Below, in pieces: positions 51,220 to 57,932 of a DNA stretch of 57,932 nucleotides; position 1 is the first letter of the stretch, and each line of letters begins with the position of its first letter. The notes under the pieces are model-generated. The model was not told where the DNA came from and searched no databases. It saw nothing but the letters and a program-made list of their open reading frames with translations. The stretch lies in IMG/VR virus record IMGVR_UViG_3300027772_000031, positions 1 through 57,932 of that record. The stretch is one strand, 5' to 3'. Both the position numbers and the translations under genes were made by a program. The stretch is from a virus (lineage: Duplodnaviria; Caudoviricetes).

Positions 51220-52050
51220 TCACATACTTCCTTCTTTATACGGATTATCTTTTCTTGATTTATATGTATCAAAATCTACTGGGGCATCGTCTACTAAATA
51301 AACCATATTTCTAGGATTATCGTATGAAAGTCTTTCTACTTCTTTTTTAAACCAGTTGTGAGCTCCAAATTTTTTTTGTGCCGCTAGCCATTCTGGGCTT
51401 CCGTCATATGAAACCATAACAAAATTTCTAACAAAGAATTTCTCTTTTTCTTTAATAATTTTAACACCATGAAAATATGGAACGTTTGAAGGAAATACCA
51501 GGATGTCTCCTGCTACTGGTTTATGGTTAATTAATTTACCATCAACATAAAACTCAATATCTCCTCCGTCATAATCATCATTAATATACATGGTACAAGT
51601 TATAAAAAATTTACTTCCTGGCATATCTTTTTCTGAAATGATATAGTCTGTATGGTATTGCATGGTCATATTATTTGCCATGCTGTCTACATTTGGATTA
51701 TACTTAGAGTATGAGCATCCACTAAATACCCAATCTGGTGGCAAAACAATACCTTGTTTTTGAATATAATCTGCTATAACCTTGTCATAAGCGTTTTCTA
51801 CTTCTTCAATAAAATTCTTTTCTTTAATGAACATCGGGTCAGTTAACAAATCTTTAGGATAATTTGATGGATGCTTTTTTTGAGTATATGTCCCAAAATG
51901 TGCCCACGGATCCCACTTGCTTAAAGCATACTTTCCTTCAGATGTTTTTTCTGATTCATTCATTACTTCATACATTTGTTTAGGGTCTTTTAATACGTTA
52001 CGATATACATAAATTTTTGGAAAAATTTCTACATATTCTAATTCACTCAT
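51220..52050 (-). CDS. 2OG-Fe(II) oxygenase, prolyl 4-hydroxylase-like
   Basis: YHTD...YINDDYDGGDI...HGV...KFF. Start moved to ATG 52050 (ATGA overlap). Confidence 0.9.
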   Translation of the reverse strand: MSELEYVEIFPKIYVYRNVLKDPKQMYEVMNESEKTSEGKYALSKWDPWAHFGTYTQKKHPSNYPKDLLTDPMFIKEKNFIEEVENAYDKVIADYIQKQGIVLPPDWVFSGCSYSKYNPNVDSMANNMTMQYHTDYIISEKDMPGSKFFITCTMYINDDYDGGDIEFYVDGKLINHKPVAGDILVFPSNVPYFHGVKIIKEKEKFFVRNFVMVSYDGSPEWLAAQKKFGAHNWFKKEVERLSYDNPRNMVYLVDDAPVDFDTYKSRKDNPYKEGSM

Positions 52051-52724
52051 GGCTGTTTTTCTCCCGTATGTTTTTGAATCGTCCAAAAAAATGGCGACGT
52101 AAATCTATTTCCTGATTTTATTGGTCTTACGCCATGCGTATAATACATGTCTCCAGGGAAGAAGTATGCTGCTCCAGCTACTGGTTTAAATTCAATTCCG
52201 TGTTGCGGGAAATATAACTCCCCCCCCTCGTAGTCATCGTTAAAATAAAACAATCCCGCAAGGTCGTACCACGGAAAATCATTTGCTCTGCCTTTTTCTG
52301 ATCCAGAATGGAATTCTTTATCTGCATGAGGTTCTTGTCTTGCACCAACTGGCCACCTTACAATTGCTGGCCCAGTTTCTTTTGCATCTACATCAAAAAA
52401 TTTATCTACTTCTATTTTTAATCTTGCAATCATACTATATATTAAATCTAAAATAGTGGGATCAGACGCCATTAAAGATCTATAAGTACAAACTCTATTC
52501 TCCCATACGGTATGGTCATACAAAACAAGTCCGTCTGCATCTCTATGGGTTTCTGTGATATCCCAGATTTTATTGTTTAATGAAAAATTCATTAATCTAT
52601 CAATTTCTTCTTGAGTTAAAAAATTTTTGATTTCTATAATGTTATCTATTGAATTGCCAAAAAACCCAGAGGGGGTTATTGACTTGGGTCTATTATCTCC
52701 CCAGTCATTAGCTATTTTTTGCAT
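52047..52724 (-). CDS. 2OG-Fe(II) oxygenase, prolyl 4-hydroxylase-like
   Basis: PHAD...YFNDDYEGGEL...HGV...GNRFT. Confidence 0.92.
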   Translation of the reverse strand: MQKIANDWGDNRPKSITPSGFFGNSIDNIIEIKNFLTQEEIDRLMNFSLNNKIWDITETHRDADGLVLYDHTVWENRVCTYRSLMASDPTILDLIYSMIARLKIEVDKFFDVDAKETGPAIVRWPVGARQEPHADKEFHSGSEKGRANDFPWYDLAGLFYFNDDYEGGELYFPQHGIEFKPVAGAAYFFPGDMYYTHGVRPIKSGNRFTSPFFWTIQKHTGEKQP

Positions 52725-52750
52725 GTTGTCACCATATCCTCATTTTACCA

Positions 52751-53452
52751 TTATTCAAGACTATTGACAAACAGTCTTATAGTTTTAACCTGATGGCTCC
52801 CGATGCTTTCTTTTTTGTGGTCTACGGCATCTCTATAAAAATTAGACCATACTCCGCTTGAATTAAGTTTACTAATTTCACTTGAATACTCTGATTCATT
52901 ATAGGGTGCTTTTGGCAATGTTTCTAAATTTTTAAAATTAATTTCAGAATTTTGCAAATCATTTAAATTAATAGGAATCATACTTGTAATTGGAGTACCA
53001 GCTTTAATTGTTATTATTTCATTTGGTTTAGTTATCATCCACGCTACGGGAATGTCAGTCGGAAAAAATGAACTGCTGATTATGGTTGTAAATGGAGTAG
53101 CGCCATCAAAAAATAAGTTAGGAACTGGCATGCAAAGCATACTAATAGATTCGCTTGTAACCAGCCTTACCCCTGTTTTGAAACTTATGGTTGCGTTTGC
53201 CCTTCCAGCATAGGCATATTTTTCTCCAGACAATATCTTTACGTGCTCAGCATTGCTGTCATTAATTCCATCCCAAATAAAAGATATATCTTCTGGAAAA
53301 GAAATTGACCATCCTAATTGATTTGTTAATCCTACGGGGAAACATTTATAAGCATGAGACTCCCACGTATTGTCCATCCAGTCTCTTTTAATAGTTAAAG
53401 GCTTGACAATTCCTAAACCTTGTTGTATTTGATAGGCATCAACTTTATACAT
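52751..53452 (-). CDS. DUF6065-like protein
   Basis: KRDWMDNT...HAYKCFPVGLTNQLGW motif and C-terminal W...YRDA. Confidence 0.75.
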   Translation of the reverse strand: MYKVDAYQIQQGLGIVKPLTIKRDWMDNTWESHAYKCFPVGLTNQLGWSISFPEDISFIWDGINDSNAEHVKILSGEKYAYAGRANATISFKTGVRLVTSESISMLCMPVPNLFFDGATPFTTIISSSFFPTDIPVAWMITKPNEIITIKAGTPITSMIPINLNDLQNSEINFKNLETLPKAPYNESEYSSEISKLNSSGVWSNFYRDAVDHKKESIGSHQVKTIRLFVNSLE

Positions 53453-54158
53453 TCAAGTTTCTACCAGTTAGAGAATCTTCTTTTACCCACTTAAGTCTCA
53501 TTTCATAAAACTCTTGTCTATGAGCATGATCATTATAATCTAACATAGTTACTATTGAAAATTTCATTCCTGATTTTACTGGCATAGCTCTATGAGAGAA
53601 TAGATAGGTTGATGGGAAAATATATAAATCTCCTGCTGTAGCCTTAATGTTTAAATTAAGCTTTGGAAAATATAGTTCTCCGCCTTCGTAATCATCGTTT
53701 ACATATGCCACTAGTGAGACGGTGGCGCTGTAAGAAAATCCATGATCTGCATGCTCTTGAAAGTGTTGTCCTTCACCGTATCTGATACAGTTCATAACTT
53801 CCCAATAATTCATCTTTACGCTGTACATTTGACAGTAATCTTTTACTGCGGCATCTTGTGATTTTTTTAAATCTTCCCATAAAGATGAAACTAATTGTTC
53901 TGTTTTTGTGTTTGGATTTTTTATTTCACCAACCTTTATATCTTCACAGTTCCTATAATCTGGTATTTTTTCGCTATAGCCAACAAATCCAAAGGTCCAT
54001 TTATACCTTGTATCGCCTTCGGCTTCGGCTGACTCACCTATTTTGTTTAATTGCTCTATAACAGATATGTCTTTTTTAATTGCATTTCTATACACCCAGA
54101 CACCTGGGAATAGTTGCTCTTTTGAGGTAAATCCGTATTGATCATCAATATTATTCAT
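53445..54158 (-). CDS. 2OG-Fe(II) oxygenase, prolyl 4-hydroxylase-like
   Basis: EHAD...YVNDDYEGGEL...HRA...GMKFS. Confidence 0.92.
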   Translation of the reverse strand: MNNIDDQYGFTSKEQLFPGVWVYRNAIKKDISVIEQLNKIGESAEAEGDTRYKWTFGFVGYSEKIPDYRNCEDIKVGEIKNPNTKTEQLVSSLWEDLKKSQDAAVKDYCQMYSVKMNYWEVMNCIRYGEGQHFQEHADHGFSYSATVSLVAYVNDDYEGGELYFPKLNLNIKATAGDLYIFPSTYLFSHRAMPVKSGMKFSIVTMLDYNDHAHRQEFYEMRLKWVKEDSLTGRNLNV

Positions 54159-54164
54159 AGGAAA

Positions 54165-54175
54165 AGTATACCATT
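54165..54175 (-). promoter_or_regulatory. Extended -10 leaderless promoter of the oxygenase cluster
   Basis: AATGGTATACT ending 6 nt before the ATG at 54158. Confidence 0.65.
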
Positions 54176-54212
54176 TCTTATGGTGAAAAACAATAGACGA
54201 TCTAGTGTTTTT

Positions 54213-55442
54213 TTAAGCTATTGTTAATGTCGAGTTAACAATGAACCAAGGGTTTCCTTCTGTTCGAATGTCATAAACAGCTGATTCATTTTCATCAATT
54301 TCTATAGATGTAACGGCTGTTTCAGTAATTCTAGCATCTGGTCCAATACCTATCAATATGTCTCCTGCTTGGATTTCTCCTGCATTTTTGTAGGCAATTC
54401 CATTTGAAACTTTAATAAATACTGGGTGCTCTGCTGAGAAATTTTTACCTAGGTTATTAAATCCTACTAACTTAGACATTTTAGATTCTACAGACTTAAC
54501 AAATGTTTCTACAAACATTACTGAGCCAGTAAGTGGGTGAGAAGTTTTAGTCTCAGTTATAGATTTAAGATCTATAAACTCACTGCTAATTGTAATTAAA
54601 ACATCTCCTACTGAAACATCTTTGGCTTTTATCCAGCCGTTTGATGCGTAAACTAATGAGTCTGGTGCTAAACACTTACCCTTAAATCCTGGTGGGGCAA
54701 AGAACCCTGGTGGGGCAAAGAACCCTGGTGGGGCAAAGAACCCTGGTGGCGCAAAGAAGCTTGGTGGCGCAAAGAAGCTTGGTGGGGCAAAGAAGCTTGG
54801 TGGGGCAAAGAAGCTTGGTGGAAAGAATGGTGCTGCTGTTGTTACTGAATTAGAGATTGATGAGGCAGCTGAGTTACCATTAGCATTTGTTGCATAAACT
54901 GTATAGGTTTGAGCAGTATCTTGTTCTTGCGTAACAGTTACGGAAAGAGCATTGAGGGTTCCGCCCTTTGAATCTGATGATGCCCAAGTATAATTAGTAA
55001 TTGCAGATCCGCCGTTTTCTGGTGCAACCCAAGTAACAACATCTTGAAGAGTTCCTGCTACAGCTGTTGGTGCTGCTGGAATTTGTGGAACTGTAGTTAT
55101 AGTTGGTGATGTAACTGCGGCTGATGCTAAAGAGTTGCCGTATGAGTTAGTTGCAATAACAGTAATATCTGAAGTTATGTTTGAACCAAATCCTGTTATT
55201 GTTAAGGGAGAAGCATTTCCTGTGGCTGTATGAGTTACAGAGTGTACACTGCAATAACCAGATGCTGTATAGCTAGTTGCTACTGGTGAGTTTCCAGGCA
55301 ATGTAAATGCAACAGTTACCTGTCCATTTCCAAATGCTCGGTTTGTTCCATCGCTAGTAACGCCTGTGATTGTTGGTGCTAAAGGCTCTAAAAAGTCGTT
55401 AGCGGCCTGTGAGTGTTTTCCTGCTTTTTTACCTGATGCCAT
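54213..55442 (-). CDS. FN3-like domains + (PP[S/G]FFA) repeats + C-terminal Hint autoprocessing domain
   Basis: Two FN3-like units (VTWVAPENGGSAITNY...YTVYATNANGNS); repeat tract; Hint block A CLAPDSLV (Cys257), block B SAEHPVF, block F VYDI, C-terminal WFIVN. Confidence 0.85.
   Translation of the reverse strand: MASGKKAGKHSQAANDFLEPLAPTITGVTSDGTNRAFGNGQVTVAFTLPGNSPVATSYTASGYCSVHSVTHTATGNASPLTITGFGSNITSDITVIATNSYGNSLASAAVTSPTITTVPQIPAAPTAVAGTLQDVVTWVAPENGGSAITNYTWASSDSKGGTLNALSVTVTQEQDTAQTYTVYATNANGNSAASSISNSVTTAAPFFPPSFFAPPSFFAPPSFFAPPSFFAPPGFFAPPGFFAPPGFFAPPGFKGKCLAPDSLVYASNGWIKAKDVSVGDVLITISSEFIDLKSITETKTSHPLTGSVMFVETFVKSVESKMSKLVGFNNLGKNFSAEHPVFIKVSNGIAYKNAGEIQAGDILIGIGPDARITETAVTSIEIDENESAVYDIRTEGNPWFIVNSTLTIA
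54685..54830 (-). repeat. 18-bp coding tandem repeat, about 8 units
   Basis: CCACCA[AGC/GGG]TTCTTTGC[C/G], encoding 4x PPSFFA, 3x PPGFFA and a final PPGF. Confidence 0.97.
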
Positions 55443-55483
55443 TTTAATTTTCTCCCTTATTTATTATTTAATAATTAAACTAA

Positions 55484-57358
55484 TTACGCTTTAAGATCTC
55501 CATAAACAACCCAGGTGTTTGCTGCTCTCTTAAATAGAGTACATGATGACCACTGTGTTCTTAATTTTAATCCTGGTGTTGAGTTAACAGTAACAGATCC
55601 ACTAACTGGTGCAATAGATACTTCTCCCGCACCTGTCTGAAGAACATCTAAAGAAGTTCCTATTGGATAGTTGACTGTTGAGTCTTCTGGAATCGAAATT
55701 ACGCAACCATAGGCTGAATTTACTTCGATTAAATCGTCTCTTTCAGTTAGTGATGAAAGTGTATAAGATGTTGTCTTTTGTGAAATTGGTGTTAAAGAAT
55801 CTACCTTTAATCCAAGGCTAGTTGTTACTGATGCTGCAAAGTTAGCGTCATCGCCAAGGGCTGCAGCAAGTTCATCAAGTGTATCTAATGCTGCTGGTGC
55901 ACCAGTTAATAATGCGCTAACTTGTGCTGTTGCATCTGCGATTGCTTCTGCTTTTGCAGTTGCGATTGCTGAAGACTGTGCGGTAGATACTGGCTTATTA
56001 GCATCTGATGTATTTGTAACGTTACCTAATCCAAGAGTTGCGGCTGTTACTGCAGCAACCTCTGACTTAAGTGCAAGTAATGATGTATCAGATATGCCGT
56101 GTACGTTTGTTGATGTTGTATTGTGAGTAGTTAAATCAGTAGTTTTTGCTGTTAACTGAGTTTGTACTGAGGAAGTGGTTCCATTCAAATAACTAAGCTC
56201 TGTAGCAGACACATCTCCAATTGAAGTTGTGGCTGGAAGAACTACGGTTCCTGTGAATGTTGGTGCCTCAATTTTTGCAAATCCATCAATGTTTGCACCA
56301 TTTGGAATTGTTACTGTTCCTGTAAATGTTGGTGAGTTAATTGTAGACTTAAGACTTAAATCTGTAACCAGACCATAAATTTTGCTTTGAGCAATTTCTG
56401 CATCTGATGCAATTTTATTATTATTAATAATTCCATCTGTGACATGTGTTCTTATCAAGAAATTAGATGGTGCTGTCAATGAGCTTGCCTCTATTGGTCC
56501 ACTAATTGCTGCAGAAGATACTAATCCTGCTGTATTTATTGAACCAGATGTAGTAAGTGCTGTTGCATTAATATTTGTAGCACCTAAATTCTTAACAGAA
56601 AGATCATCTAGTGTTCCTTGTGTAAAGTCAACTGTTGTTCCTGGCGCAGTAGTTACTCCCTTAAACAATTTCCACTTATTATCAGAAGTATCACGAACTA
56701 ATCCTGAATATTGTGCCGTTCCATCATTAAACTTTGCGTGGAATCCTAGATCTAGGGTGTTTCCAGCATTTGAATCTGCAAGTGCAATTATTGCATCTTC
56801 TGTAGTAAAGTTTGCTGTTGAGATACTTGTTGTAGTACCGTTAACTGTTAGGTTACCAGTAAGTGACAAATCTTTTGCACTAATATCACCTGATGTTGTA
56901 ATATTTTGAGTAAGTATATTTAGGTCTAATTCAGACTCTGGAATTTTGATGCTAGAATTTAATGATGCTACTCCGTTTTGTGTTCCACGATCTGCAACCT
57001 CTAGGTATGTGCTGGCTGTTGAATTTGAAAGTCCAGTTACCTGTGCATCTACGTATGACTTAAGAGCAACAACGGTGCTGTCTACTGTGATGGTAATTGT
57101 ATTTGAGCCGTCGTTGTAGGTCTTTGTTAAACCTGAGCCCATTGTAAGCGCTGTATTAATTGCGTCTTGTGAAATTTCACTAATTTCGGTTGAATCTGCT
57201 GCTATGTAAGAAAGGGAATTCCATGCGGTGGATCCGTCTCCAACTTTAATTTTTCTAGTGTCTGTTACAACGCCTAGCTCTCCTGCTGCAAGTACTGGGT
57301 TGACTCCAGACCAATCTGTTGCTGATCCTCGTCTGACTTGAATTCTTACTGTTGACAT
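55484..57358 (-). CDS. Fibre protein with Mtd-N/hyaluronidase-N-like N-terminus
   Basis: RIQVRRG...W...NPVLAAGELG..TDT...KVGDG...W..L.Y; SPTFTGTV repeats; APAALDTLDELAAALGDD. Confidence 0.85.
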   Translation of the reverse strand: MSTVRIQVRRGSATDWSGVNPVLAAGELGVVTDTRKIKVGDGSTAWNSLSYIAADSTEISEISQDAINTALTMGSGLTKTYNDGSNTITITVDSTVVALKSYVDAQVTGLSNSTASTYLEVADRGTQNGVASLNSSIKIPESELDLNILTQNITTSGDISAKDLSLTGNLTVNGTTTSISTANFTTEDAIIALADSNAGNTLDLGFHAKFNDGTAQYSGLVRDTSDNKWKLFKGVTTAPGTTVDFTQGTLDDLSVKNLGATNINATALTTSGSINTAGLVSSAAISGPIEASSLTAPSNFLIRTHVTDGIINNNKIASDAEIAQSKIYGLVTDLSLKSTINSPTFTGTVTIPNGANIDGFAKIEAPTFTGTVVLPATTSIGDVSATELSYLNGTTSSVQTQLTAKTTDLTTHNTTSTNVHGISDTSLLALKSEVAAVTAATLGLGNVTNTSDANKPVSTAQSSAIATAKAEAIADATAQVSALLTGAPAALDTLDELAAALGDDANFAASVTTSLGLKVDSLTPISQKTTSYTLSSLTERDDLIEVNSAYGCVISIPEDSTVNYPIGTSLDVLQTGAGEVSIAPVSGSVTVNSTPGLKLRTQWSSCTLFKRAANTWVVYGDLKA

Positions 57359-57407
57359 TTTTTTCTCCCTTTGTTACTTTGTATTAGATTATTATACCAT
57401 TATTTTT

Positions 57408-57764
57408 TTATGCTAAAGCGCCTGAATCAAACACCATTCCATAAGTTGAAGTTGATGGGCTTCCACCATCAGCAGATTTAGTTGCTGTTGATGATACTCC
57501 ATTTGCTTGAACTGTATATATTGGCTGTCCATCGTAATCAATTGCAAGACCTATGTCCATCATATTGATCATTGTGTTTTCATCTGGAACTTCTGAATTT
57601 AGAGCTAGCGGCATCCATGTGCCACCTATCTCAATTTGTAATTTGTTTGTTACGGTATCAAACCTTAAGGGAGTAGACCCTAATACAACATTAGACTCAA
57701 AAGTAGCAGTTCCTGCGACATTTAGTCCATTCTTAACTTTAAAATTCTTATTTACTGTTGCCAT
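57408..57764 (-). CDS. Small virion/fibre protein
   Basis: MATVNKNFKVKNGL N-terminus, DGG motif; fibre gene context. Confidence 0.65.
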   Translation of the reverse strand: MATVNKNFKVKNGLNVAGTATFESNVVLGSTPLRFDTVTNKLQIEIGGTWMPLALNSEVPDENTMINMMDIGLAIDYDGQPIYTVQANGVSSTATKSADGGSPSTSTYGMVFDSGALA

Positions 57765-57831
57765 TTAAGTTCACATATCCCCTAAGTTTTTGTTGGGGAG
57801 ATTTTAGGCTCTCCCCTGGCCCTTTATTTAA

Positions 57832-57932
57832 TTATTTAATTAATGTTCCAACTACAACAACTTCAGTGTTATTGTTTGCTGGGGTTACACGAATTCTTAC
57901 ATCTGAGCCAGAATAATCTGCAGTTACTGCAG
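57832..57932 (-). CDS. C-terminal end of an upstream virion protein (truncated)
   Basis: Open frame AVTADYSGSDVRIRVTPANNNTEVVVVGTLIK* running in from the window edge. Confidence 0.65.
   Translation of the reverse strand, partial: AVTADYSGSDVRIRVTPANNNTEVVVVGTLIK

Noticed and set aside
54213-54674. Classical mobile intein
   Set aside because: No homing endonuclease, no terminal His-Asn and no C-extein. DnaE, RecA, DnaB and TerL also show no intein-sized inserts.
54685-54830. Tandem repeat as a CRISPR array
   Set aside because: The 18-bp units are contiguous with no spacers and lie in frame within a CDS.
57200-57358. Diversity-generating retroelement suggested by the Mtd-N-like domain
   Set aside because: No reverse transcriptase, C-type lectin variable region or TR/VR pair is visible in the window.
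4865-57768. Plus-strand ORFs in the ORF track
   Set aside because: All are antisense shadows of well-supported minus-strand genes and show no recognisable motifs.
57795-57816. GGGGAGA/TCTCCCC hairpin as a minus-strand terminator
   Set aside because: It is followed by an A-rich tract on the coding strand, not a U-tract; it may be a stabilising hairpin, but there is no support for a specific call.
1-57932. tRNA/ncRNA genes, integrase or alternative genetic code
   Set aside because: Intergenic gaps are short and explained by micro-ORFs, promoters and terminators. No cloverleaf or recombinase was seen by eye, and genes are intact with all three standard stop codons in use.

Overview
A 58-kb, AT-rich segment of a large tailed dsDNA phage with siphovirus-type tail genes. 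All genes lie on the minus strand. Gene content (DnaE, RecA, DnaB, DnaG, Cas4-like exonuclease, RuvC, terminase far from the portal) and many leaderless extended -10 promoters suggest an actinobacterial host; this is an inference. In transcription order (right to left) the window holds: fibre genes; a protein made of FN3-like domains, eight (PP[S/G]FFA) repeats and a C-terminal Hint domain; five prolyl-hydroxylase-type 2OG-Fe(II) oxygenases plus a DUF6065-like gene; a collagen-like/S74 fibre; portal, protease, capsid, neck and tail genes (with a -1 frameshifted tail chaperone and a 2480-aa tape measure); replication/recombination genes with an ErpA/IscA gene and further 2OG oxygenases; terminase; and two SGNH-like genes, a micro-ORF and a truncated carbamoyltransferase. 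The best candidate for an undescribed system is the Pro/Phe-repeat-Hint protein with its adjacent oxygenase cluster (49806-55442), which looks like a substrate plus tailoring enzymes. All family assignments come from motif recognition by eye; no database search was run.
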